Source: Camelus ferus
Lineage: Eukaryota
NCBI RefSeq assembly: GCF_009834535.1
Contig: NC_045697.1
Location: 62,002,001 to 62,066,000 of the forward strand
Length of the DNA stretch: 64,000 nucleotides
Direction: 5' to 3'
The position numbers and the translations under genes are program-made. Positions 52,781-64,000 of the stretch are shown here, piece by piece; positions within the stretch are counted from its first letter, which is position 1, and every line of letters begins with the position of its first letter. The notes beneath the pieces were generated by a model. It saw only the letters and a list, made by a program, of their open reading frames with translations. It searched no databases and was not told the origin of the DNA.

Positions 52781-54169
52781 AGGTAGTGTATTCAGGCAAA
52801 GGTAGATAGAGAAGCATGCAGGAATATACTGGGAGTTAACTGGAAACGTAAATAGCTAGATTGAGATAGGTCACACTACAGAGCTGAGGTGTCTTCTATT
52901 AGTAACAAGTCGAAGTAAATCCACACTCTGACAAAGTTACACTGTGTGCAAGTAAAATGTATTCTGAAGACTACCTTGATGAGCACTTAACATTCAAAAC
53001 TAAACTTTGGACATTAACATGAGTACCTTCTCACACCATCACTCTATTATTTTGCAAAAGAGTAAGCTCTCAAAATGATGTCCATGCTTCAAGTTTTGCA
53101 CTTGCCATTCCATTAATGAGCATTCACTGACTTGTTACATATTTTAGTTTCAGTTCCACTGACACATGCTATAATTAGCCCCTGACAATGGAAGAGGACA
53201 CCCAAGTGAGAAACATAGAAATGCTCCTACTCTAAGGACAACTGAAAAACAAACAGAGAAACAAAGATTGCAGCTGGCATTATGCTGTCAGAAAGAAATG
53301 GAATGTTATAAAAGATGTTTCTATGCTCTTTCAGGCATACTTTTCCCGAGGCCAGAAATGTGGCATGCAGCCCAAGAAAGACTAGAAATGAGAAATATAT
53401 AAAAAAAAACAATACTGAAAGAAGGAACAATTAAAAAATTACTTTGAAGCAGAAAGCAAGCACTTAGTGCAACCTTACTTTTCTGAATCAATAGTTCCTT
53501 TTAAATACAACCTGCAAGACGAATGTTGGACATGGTTGGAATATTGTGATAGTCTGAGAGGAAGCAAGGGAAAAGTGTTTCTCAATTCAGAGGAAGCATC
53601 AGGTAGATTTTGAGAACAAAGATGTTGTTAGACTCCAAGGAAAGTTAGTATGAGTAGGGAAACAGAAAACACGAACAGAAGTTAGAGTTGCAAACAATGT
53701 GATGGCAGATGAGGAGATTCAAAGATAGAATTTGCTAACAGAATTATCAAGAATTCAGTCATGTTACCACATCTAACTCCTGGGAAAGATGAGAGATGTA
53801 AGCCAAATGTGTGTTCCAGAAGTAGGGAATATGGATTTTCATGAACAAGTGTCAGTCTCAGTTACTATGTGCCTCTGTGATCTTACCACTTTTTGCCATT
53901 GGCAAAAAGAAATGAAATTGTCTATCCCCTTTTTTCTATTTTGGAGTGTAAGCAGACTGGCATTCATCAACATACAGCTATTGAGTAAACAGGTGTACCT
54001 AGCACTGCCAGACTTTCAGAATTAGAAAGAATGAGTAAGACTTGATCCCAGCCCACAAGGACCTCACTGTGGAAAGCTGTGCTGTGTCATGGATAGTAAA
54101 CAAAGGAAATGAGATCCACAAAGCCTAGTGTTATAATTTAGATTTTTATCACCCATAATTTAGATTTTA

Positions 54170-54465
54170 TCAGCCTTGTTGCACTAGCTGAGCTGCTGTA
54201 ACAAAGGACAAAAATACAGTGGCTTAAACAAGACAGAGATTTCTTTCTCTGTCACATATTAGTCTGTATCAGAGTTGGTATAGGAAGAAAGAAAGGGTAG
54301 GACAAACTTCTTCCCTTCTAAAGGTATGACCCAAATTTATACATAATACTTCCTCTCACGTCCGATCGGCCAGACTAAGTCACATGGCCAAACCTAGCTG
54401 CAAAAAAAGGCTGGAACTGTGGTCTCTTGCTGAGCAGCCACGTATAACAACAGAAATTTCTACTT
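54170..54465 (-). mobile_element. MLT1-type LTR fragment
   Basis: GCTGCTGTAACAAA...CAGTGGCTTAAACAAGA...GGCCAGACTAAGTCACATGGCCAAACCTAGCTGCAA. Confidence 0.6.
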
Positions 54466-56902
54466 TGATTTTAAAAAGGAGGAAAATGAAACAGATACTT
54501 GAAGTCAACACTTGTTAACTTCCCAAAAAAAACCAATATAAGTTTCCATTTATAAACTGAAAATTTAAATACTAATAATTTACCAGACTGGCAGAAAATC
54601 ATAGGAATATTTATAATGACGTGACACTTTCATAAGGAATAAGAGCCTCAAATTCAGCTTTGTGGGAAATGAACTCTAAAAATATTGTCAAAGAACAAAA
54701 CTATACTATCCAGAGCAATTGTTCCCAACATCACTGAATGTCAGGATCACCTGTGGAGATTATTTTAAAATATTGATGCCTAAGTCCTAGACATTTTGAA
54801 TCTGGGAAGGGGCCTGATCATGTAAATTTTTTTAAGTCCACGGAAGTGAATAGGATGCACTGTCAAGGATAAAGAGATATTCAAAGATAATGTTCAAACT
54901 TGTCTGAAAAGTTAAGCTGAAAAGACTGATTTTAAATAAACAAATAATGCTGCACTTTTCTAAGCAACCTCAATTGAAAGGATCTTAGATTATAAAAGAC
55001 TGATTATGAAAGTACAGGACTGAGCTGTCTCCTGTCTCTGCCACTTACAGACTTTAGGCAAGTTCCTAAAGTATCCTGAACTTGATGTCCCTCGTCTATA
55101 AAATGAGAAGTTTAGCCAAAATGACTGGCTTGCAGCATTCTAGGATCCCACGTGTTTTCAGTTTCTGCTAGTGAGTTCTCTTCATTCACCAACATATCTT
55201 GAGTAACATAAAAGTAAAGTAAAAATTATTAATATTCAACAAGTATTTACAGAGGTCTTACTTTGTGCTAGGCTCTGCTAGAAATATCAAGGGAACAGCA
55301 ATAAATACAGGCTGGCCTTCTTCCTTATTCATGGACCTTACAAGCTATCAACTGCAACACATTGTACTGGGTCCTAACAATGTAGATCAGAAGCCTACTG
55401 ATGGCCACCTTTGGGTGGTAGGAATATATATAGGTATCTCTGTCTCTCTTCTGTGCTCCCCTTTTCCATTTTCTCATTTTCCCTTTTCACTCTTTTGTTT
55501 AAATCCAAATTTTCCTAGAATAAGTATAAAATTTTCTTAAAATGAAAAAAAGTGACTCCTATAGAAAGCCTTCTTTTTAAAAAATTATTTTGAAATGAAT
55601 TTTCAAATTCCTGCTCACTTTTGTAACAGAGATACCAAAAGTGAGCAAAATGCAGGCCAAGAGCTATTTGGTAAGATAGAGTTCACCGCATGCTGAGAGA
55701 ACATGTGTAATGGCTGAGTTCCCTTTCCATGTCCATAGCTTTCAGGAAAGGAAATGCAGGTCCAGCAGAAATGTCATTGTGTGTGCATATGTCTGTGTGT
55801 ATGTACCTATATATGCATGTACACACACATGCATATATATGTTTCATAGAGCAAAGGGGCAGCAAAAAATGAGTACAAATGGACAATGAGGAAGGAACAA
55901 TGAAAGAAATAGTTCTGCTTAAAAACAATTAGCTCTTTTTTCTGTAAGCCAAACAGCATTGATAATTGAGGTTTCACAGGCAAGTCCTACAGTATTTTCT
56001 CAGCTTTCTCTGGTAACCTTCACCTCACTATGTATATTAAATGCTGTGAGGCTAACTACTGTTTGTTTCTTGGATACAAAAGACATTCTGTTCTTTCTGA
56101 GTTTCATTCTGAATGATCCTGGGTTTCTCCCAAGGCTGGCAAATGCCCTTCCCCAGTCAGCTTGCAATCGCTCTGCTAGAAGAGAAGCACCATAGGAAGG
56201 ATTATTCAAAAGACCAGAGAATCCAAAAGCTTTGGAATGTGTGGTGTGATTATTACTATTTTCCTTGTTGCTTCCCTTTCCTTCCTTATGTTTTGTTTAG
56301 GTTCAAGTATGTTCCATTTCCTAGTACACACTGTTTGAGAGGAAGAAAAGGAAAGTGAGCTAAGAATAAGATAAGCAATGGGGCAAGCTGACACTAAACT
56401 GACAGTGTGGCCTGAATGATACCATGTGAACTATTCTGTATTTCATTTCTGAAATTATTAACATTTACCTTGGAAACACCAGTCTTAATACATTTTATTG
56501 ACGCTTATTTATAATAAGTTGTGGAGTTAACCATGGGACTTACTGCTAAAGCATTGCTCTTACTTTAATCAATATCTAGTAGAACCTCCATTTTTCATTA
56601 CCTAGTAAGTCTTTCTAATAGTATTCTCCTGGGTGACACTATAAATCAAAGAAAGGGGAGGAATAGTTGTAACTACTACTATACTTAGTAGCAGTCTACA
56701 GCATTTTCAATAGCCACTGTAAAAATGTTGACTATCTACATATAAAAATATAATATCCTCATATATCAATAATAAGTAGGAAAACTATTAAATGTTTGAC
56801 ATTATTTTGTTCAGAGTAGAAGTGTTTTAACTCTTTCAGACATAAAAAATAACATGACGTGGATACTGGAAAACATTAACAATGTTTAGGGTTCATCTAA
56901 AG

Positions 56903-57118
56903 AAGTGATTCTCAATTGAGGATGATTTTGGCCCCCAAGGAAACATGTGGCAATGTCTGGAGACATAGTTTTGATTGTCACAACTTGGGGGCAGGAGTAG
57001 GGGCAACTGGTATGTGGTGGCTAGAGGCCAGGGATGCTATTAAACATCCTATGATGCACAGGGCAGGCCCCACAACAAAGAATTATCTAGCCTACAATGT
57101 TGCGATGCCAGGTTGACA
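56903..57118. mobile_element. MER20 hAT-Charlie element
   Basis: GATTTTGGCCCCCAAGGAAACATGTGGCAATGTCTGGAGACAT...TAGAGGCCAGGGATGCTATTAAACATCCTA...CCCCACAACAAAGAATTATC. Confidence 0.88.
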
Positions 57119-58169
57119 TATATATTTTCAAGGTACCTTCCCAAAGCATTTACAGTGGCAGAATAAAATGGAGAACTTTTTTCTAAAACCCCAGTTTTGC
57201 TTATGAACTTTGACTATCCCCACAAACATCTGGCCCTCATAGTTTTTCCCATTCCACACTATATGTACATTCTCTGGCCAAAATAACCTGGTTGCAGAAA
57301 GAAGTCTCCTTCCTACTTCAAACAGTGTTTTATTGCTCTACAACAAGGCTTGTCATCACTGGCAGTGGAGAGGCACAAGCCAGAGATACCGCTGAGTTTT
57401 TTCAAAACACCCACTCCTACTAGTTCTGGTGTTTCTCAGTTTTCTGGGAGTTAGGGATGTATAGTCATTAACACATATCCCTAGCACCCCACAAAGTAAA
57501 TACAAAGTAGGATTTGTAGGAAGAAGATTGATAAGTACAGAAAAAGCAAAGTGTGCATACGAGCATCAAGCTCTCATTATCCTAATGAGTTGACCAGACA
57601 GGATGCATACAGCAAGGAAATCAGTAGCGAGGGAACCACATACTTCTATTGATAGAGGCAACCTGTAACTGCAAGGGAAGCTTCCTGCCTCCAGGAGTGA
57701 TAGGGAGCTATCCAGCTACTCCAGAGCTCAGCCCTGTTCTTCCTAAGAGTGATTCAGAACTACTGAGCCAGCTCTGTGCTAAGCTGAAAAGAAAGAGAAT
57801 GAGCCTCCAGAGACATTCGGATTGTCTTTCCTTGGAAAGGGAATGCATCAGAATGAAGAGGACATTAAAGAAGAGATCACAGTGCATTGCACATAGTAAA
57901 AGCACATATTAGTTCCTGAAACTTTAACATTTTGATGGTGTATATGCATGTGTGTACTACATGGTAAGGTAAAATGTACTTCTTACTTAGGGTCATGGCC
58001 TAAGGGTTTGAAAGTCATGAACCTAGATAGGAGTCCCTCCCTCCCTCCCGCTCACTCTCTCCCTCCCTCCCTCTCTCTCTCCTTCCCCCTTCTCCCTACT
58101 CCATATCCATACGCATATGCAGGAAAATCAAATGAAAGATTTACCTATTAAAAATATATATAATTATAA

Positions 58170-61100
58170 TTATAATTGCCAAGATATGGAAGCATCCTAA
58201 GTGCACATCAATAGATGAATGGATAGAAAAGATGTAGCATACATATGCAATGGAATACAACTCACCCATAAAAAGAAGGACATTTTGCCATTTGCAGCCC
58301 TTCATTCACTGTTGTTGTTTTTTCTCCACTTCAAAAACCAGAATTTTATAACTGGCATAAACATTTCCTTTGCATCAAAAACAACAAAATATCTAGAAAT
58401 AAACTTAACCAAGGAGGTTATCTATACTCTGAAAACTCTAAAACACTGATGAAGGAAATTGAAGATAATACAAAGAAATGGAAAGCTATCTTGTGCTCCT
58501 GGATTGGAAGAATCAACATTATCAAAATGGACACACTATCCAAAGCAATCTACAGATCCAATGCAACCCCTGTCAAAATACTCACAATATTCCTCACAGA
58601 AATAGAACAAACAATTTCAAAATTTATAAAAAACCACAGAAGAACAACCAAAGTGATCTTTTGTAGGTCTTTTTTCTCTCTTTCTTCTTTTTGTTCTCTT
58701 TTCTTACGGTTTGATGACTAGAGAAGGTCCTTTAACATTTGTTGTAAAGCTGGTTTGGTGGTGCTGAAATCTTTTAGCTTCTGTTTATCTGTGAAGCTTC
58801 TGATTTCTCCATCAAATGTGAACAAGAGCCTTGCTAGATAGAGTATTCTTGGTTGTAAGTTTTCCCCTTTCATCACTTTAAATATATCATGCCACTACCT
58901 TCTGGCCTGCACAGTTTCTGCTGAAAAATCAGCTGATAACTTTATGGGAGTTCCCTTGTATGTTATTTGTTGCTTTTCTCTTGCTAATTTTAATATTTTC
59001 TCCTCATCCTTAATTGTTGTCAATTTGATGACTATGTGCCTTGGTGTGTTCATCTTTGGGTTGATCCTGTGTGGAACTCTCTGTGCATCTTGGACTTGGG
59101 TGATTGTTTCCTTTCCAAAAGTTGGGGAAGTTTTTGGTTATCTCTTCAAAAATTTTCTCGGGTCCTTTCTCTCTCTCTTCTCTTTCTGGGACCCCTATAA
59201 TGTGAATATTAGTGCACTTCATGTTGTCCCAGAGTTTTCTTAAACTATCCTCATTTCTTTTCATTTTTTCTTTTTTCTGTTCTGCAATAGTGATTTCAAT
59301 TAATCTGTCTTCTAGCTCACTGATCCATTCTTCTGCCTCATTTAGTCTATCCTTGGTTCCTTTTAGTGTGTTATTCATTTCAGTGATTTTATTCTTCAAT
59401 TCTGTTTGGGTATTCTTTATATTTTCCAACTCTTTCCTAAAAACTTCACTCGGTGCATCTATGCTCCTCTTGAGTTCTCTTGAGAACATCTTTGCCATCA
59501 TTACTTTAAACTCATTCTTAGATAAACTGCCTGTGTCCTCATCACTTACTTCTTCTTCTGGGATTTTATCTTGTGCATTGGCCTCGAAGATACTCCTCTG
59601 CCGCCTCATATTGTCTATCTTTCTATTTGTATTTTTAGGTAGGTTAGTTACATTTCTCAACCTTGGACAGATGGTCCTCTGTGGGAGACATCCTATGAGT
59701 CCTAGCAGTACATTCCTCTTGTCACCCAAGGGCCAGAGTCCAGCTGGTCCCAGGGTAGAGTCTGACCTGTGTTTGTGATTCCTTCCACAGGCTTTGGGAT
59801 TGTTGTTTTCTTATTTCTGGTATCTGCCCCATGGTGGATGAGGCAGGACTAGAGGCTTATGCAGGTTTCCCGGCAGGAGGAGCCAGTGCCTGCCCACTGC
59901 TGGGTGAAGCTTGGTCCTGGACTTCTGATGGGTAGGGCTGTGTCTAGAGGCATTTGTGACTCAGGAAGTCTGCTGATGGATGGGAACACAGTATGTTGTT
60001 TGGCCTGAGGTTTCCCAGCCCTTAAGCCTACAGGCTGCTGGGTGGGGCTAGGTTTTGGTGCTAATGATCCAATCGAGATGTCAGCCTCCAAGAAAGCTCA
60101 TGTAGATAAACACTCCCAGAATGTCCGCCACCAGCTTTTATGTCTGCTGGGTGAGCTGCAGCTGTCCCCTACCTCCCCAGGAAACCCTCCAAAACTAGCA
60201 GGCAGGTCTGGCCCAGGTTCCTATGAAATCACTGCCTCTGCCCTTGGACCTGGGGCACTCAAGATTCTGTGTACACTTCCCAAGAGAATGAAGTCTCTGT
60301 TTCCCCCAGCTCCATGGGGGCTCCTGGAGTTAAGCCCTACTGGCCTTCAAAACCAGATGTCCTGGGGTCTCCTCCTCCCGGTGCCAGAATCCAGGGGTGG
60401 GGAGACTAACATGGGGCTTAGTACTCTCACATCTGTGGGAGGGCCTCCACAACTTAATTATTCTTCAGCTTGTGGGCTGCCCACCCAGCGGGTATGGGGC
60501 CCAATTATATCATGAGCACACCCTTTCTACCATCCTACTATGGTTCCCTCTTTACATTTCCAGTTAAGAAGACTGGAACCTAGCAAAAAGGATCTTTTTT
60601 TTTTTTTTTTTTTTTGATGGTTGTTTAGCAGTCAGTTGTAGTTTTGTTGTAGTCACGAAGAAAGGTGAGCTGGGGGTCTACTACTCTGCCATCTTAACCA
60701 GAAATCTGATACACTGATGTGCACTTAGGATGCTTCCATATCTTGGCAATTATAAATAATGTTGCTGTTAATAGTGGGGTATATGTATCTTTTTGAATTA
60801 ATGTTTTTGTTTTTCTAAGGTATATGCCCAGGAGTGGAACTGCTGGGCCATATGGTGGTTCTATTTCTAGGTTTTTGAGAAACCATATTGTTTTCTGTAG
60901 TGGCTGCACCAATTTACATTCCCACCAACAGTGTACAAAGGTTCCCTTTTCTCCAGATCCTTGCCAACATTTGTTATTTGTGTTCTTTTTGATGATGGCC
61001 ATTCTGACAGGTAGGTGATATCTCATTGTGATTCTGATTTGCATTTCCTTGATATTAGTGATGCTGAGCAACTTTTCATGTTCCTGTTGGCCATCTGCAT

Positions 61101-61680
61101 TTCCTCTTTTGGAAAAATGTCTGTTCAGTTCTTTTGCCCATATTTTAAATAGGTGGGTTGGTTGCTTGTTTGCTTTTTAACTGAAGAGTACAGTTGACTT
61201 AAAATGTTGCATTAGTTTCTTTTGTACAGCATGGATGGACTTGGATGGCATTATGCTAAGTGAAATAAGTCAGACAGAGAAAGAGAAAGACAAATACTGT
61301 AATATATCACTTACATGTAGAATCTAAAAAAATAAAACAAACTAGTGAACATAACAGAAAAGAAACAGACTCACAGATGTAGAGAAAGAACTAGTGGTCA
61401 CCAGGGGAGAGAGGGGAAGGGAGGAGCATGATGGTGGTGGAGGATTAAGAGGTACAAACTATCAGGTATAAAATAAACTACAAGGATGTATTGTACAACA
61501 CTGGGAATATAGCCAATATTTTATAATAACTATAAATGGAATATAAACTTTAAAAATTTGTGTATCACTATATTGTATACCTGTAACATATAATATTGTC
61601 CATCAACTATACTTCAATTTAAAAATATGATATTGTAAAACAAATACATAAATAAATTTTAAAATGGTTAAAAAATTTTT
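58170..61680. mobile_element. Rearranged L1 cluster with segments on both strands
   Basis: + 3' piece 58170-58298; + ORF2 piece ~58360-58655; - ORF1/5' UTR ~58655-60705 with YY1 GCCATCTT near 60690; - ORF2 C-terminal piece 60715-61150; + 3' UTR ~61228-61680. Confidence 0.88.
58730..59610 (-). pseudogene. ORF1p of an older L1, frameshifted
   Basis: RLNEAEEWISELED...LWDNMKCTNIHIIGVPEREE in ORF 59010..59729. Confidence 0.85.
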
Positions 61681-62184
61681 TATATGTATACATAATATAA
61701 ACTTATGGGAATGACTGCACAAACCAAGCTTAGAAAACTCCCAGGAAGCCAGGCCATTAAGCAAAGCTGCTGGGACTTGCAGTCATGACTGTGATTTTCA
61801 CACTAAAGAGGATGGTGAGCACTGCTTAGGCCACAGGCCTTCTAGCACCTACCCAACTGACCTTCACCAGAAAACCTCTTGGCTTCTCTCTTTCCTAGCC
61901 ACCTCCTGCTGAGACTGCAGGGCCAGCCACTTATTAGTGCCCGAACAATGTTAACGGGGGACCAGCCATGAGCTAAACATCATGCAATATATTTTATACA
62001 CTTATTTTACTTAATCCTAACAATCACCCAGGATTATCATTTCCATTGAACAGATGATGAAACTAGCTCAGGATAGTATTATAGCATACCCAAGAACTTA
62101 CAGTTAGGGAGGATGTGTTGGAACACAGAGGGAAATCCAAGTCTCCAGGCTCTGAAGCCCAGGAAGTTCCTTCCCCCACACTAA

Positions 62185-62592
62185 TGTCTTAGTTCAAGAA
62201 CAGATTCTGAGTTTGAGATGTGTGTGCAAGAGATTATTATAGGGAGCTCTCAGTCTCAACATTTATGTAGGTGAGAAGGAAGTATGACTGGGAAGCTGAA
62301 CCCAAAATCCCATTTAGGTCTCTGGAGCTGATGGCCTTGGGGAGTTGTCCTGCCTTAAGGCAAGGAGTCCAGGCCTCCATATCCCACTCTCCCCATAGAC
62401 ACACCCTTAGATTCTGGCTTTCCCAAGGAAAGGGTATGTATGACCTAGGTGAAATGGCTCTCTCCTGCTGAGGGCAATGGCAAAGAAGAACTCAGTCAAG
62501 AGTCATCAACTGCCAACACTCCCAGGAGCTGAGGGAATGGGTGCCTCAGTTCCACAAGGAGATCTAGGCAGGGTCCTAGACCATCCACCACA
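62185..62592 (-). mobile_element. LTR16-like ERVL solo LTR
   Basis: TGTCTTAG...CAGATTCTGAG...GTGTGCAAGAGATTATT at the left end is the reverse of an LTR16-type 3' end. CCAACACTCCCAGGAGCTGAGGGAATG also fits. Confidence 0.5.
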
Positions 62593-64000
62593 TCTGAGAA
62601 CACAAATCCCCCATGCTTTCCATCCCCAGCTATACTGACAAAGCTGAATCCCCTGCACTTAGAAAAAACTGTTGCCTATTTCAGATCCACCACTTACACT
62701 GTGTGATTTCTGAATCAGTAACTTAATCTCTCAGTGCTTTAGTTTCCTCATCTGAAAAATGGAAACAAGAATCATAACATAGGATTTTTCAGAATTATAT
62801 AGTTCCTGGCACCTAAACACCTGAAAAGTGTTTTTACTGCTAAAGCTATTGTTACTTTTGCTTTGCTCCCTTGTTAACCAGCCTCTTCCATGTATAAATA
62901 GTGCTTTGCCATTAGATACCAACACATACAGATTATGGAAATGCCAAAATCTCAGTTCAGGATTTTGGCCCAATGTTTATTTCAGTCCTACAACTGCTGC
63001 TGCCACTTCACTTCACTCACTACCACTGAGAGTGTGATTCATTTAGGGAAGCTTCAAGAGACTTCTTTATGAATACTTGAAGCACTCCTGGGCTCACTCC
63101 AGGACAGGAGTTTAAATAATCCATGAGAGCTGTGCCCGCAATTGACAAAGAGAAGGCAAAATGCACAAGAGTAGCTATTCCTTACATGCCTTTACACAAT
63201 CTTTGATAACACAGGAAGCCAGCATGGAATTCAGTAATACTAAAAAATAAATAAGTAAATTTTAAATGCCCCAAAGAAAGCAAGACAAATATTTAAAAAA
63301 ATAGTTATGCCCAAAAGCAATATGAAGGTGATAGCTACCAGGTGACAAAAATAAAAGAGGCATAACATTTTTTAGCCAGGTTTGGAAATTGTCCCTTCAA
63401 GAACCAGACCATTTTCATGTTCAAGAGGATACACTAAACAGAGTGGTTTTCTCCACATAGAAGCCTTGAAGATTTTTTTATGCTCCTGACAAAATGAATG
63501 TTGGATGGCGCTTGATGTTCTTAAATAATGAAGATGTTAGCTATTTCTCTAATGCTGTTAGAAAGCATTGCATTACATAGATAAAAGTTGTGTAACTACA
63601 CTGGGTCAGTACAAAAGATGGTATATTGTTGGAATGACAGCTGTACCCTTAAAATGCATTCTATTGGCATAAAGATAAAAACGAATTTGTCTCAGAAGGC
63701 CAGCATGCTGCATAAGCCAGAATGCTCAATCGTGTAACCCATTTGGGCTTTCATAATTCTGTTATTGCTTAAAGACATGAAGCCATTGCCTGCTCTTTCA
63801 ACACAACCGTCTACTGTCCAATCAAATGGACTATTCAGTTTTACTCCCAAAGCCCATGTTTCCCCATCTCTGAGCCATAGCTTATGCACCTCCCTCTACC
63901 CAGCACTTCCTTCCCTCCATTTTTATCAGGCAAACTCCTCTCCATCCTTTAATGTCCATCTCAAATGTCATCTTTCAATGAAAGCTTTTTTGGGCCCACC

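Noticed and set aside
54132..54173. Short tandem duplication ATAATTTAGATTTT(T)ATCA
   Set aside because: Ordinary slippage-type duplication with no further structure.
57664..57784. Possible minus-strand exon after TTCTCTTTCTTTTCAG
   Set aside because: Donor CAG|GTTGCC is weak, and such pseudo-exons are common in long introns.
1..64000. CRISPR arrays, tRNA/rRNA genes, prokaryote-like operons or intact viral genes
   Set aside because: No regularly spaced repeat-spacer array, no structured RNA gene and no long non-L1 ORF was seen. The remaining short ORFs are consistent with chance.

Overview
AT-rich, repeat-dense eutherian genomic DNA, probably camelid. This is inferred from the style of the young L1 3' UTR and from seeing no Alu, Bov-A/BovB, PRE-1, CHR, CanSINE or ERE SINEs. 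No host protein-coding exon could be identified. The dominant feature is a young, full-length but disrupted LINE-1 on the + strand (insertion 37997-45120) with a 12-bp target-site duplication (TSD), a CpG-rich 5' UTR, ORF1 and ORF2. Around it are nested and rearranged older L1 clusters (48220-52150, 58170-61680), solo LTRs (MER41-like x2, MER34-like, MLT1, LTR16), hAT DNA-transposon relics (MER53, MER5, MER91, MER45, MER20), many MIR/L2 relics and microsatellites. Most L1s and LTRs lie on +, and there are well-formed splice-bounded segments on -, which suggests an intron or 5'-UTR region of a large minus-strand gene. I found no convincing new multi-gene system. The best leads are retrotransposition and repair footprints: a probable 55-bp 5' transduction on the full-length L1, an orphan polyadenylated L2-containing retro-insert inside an L1M, a locally templated inverted insertion, a 41-bp perfect inverted duplication at an L1 rearrangement, and a MER41-like LTR that retains tandem STAT motifs. 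Repeat family names come from recalled consensus resemblance, not database searches, and boundaries of old repeats are approximate.
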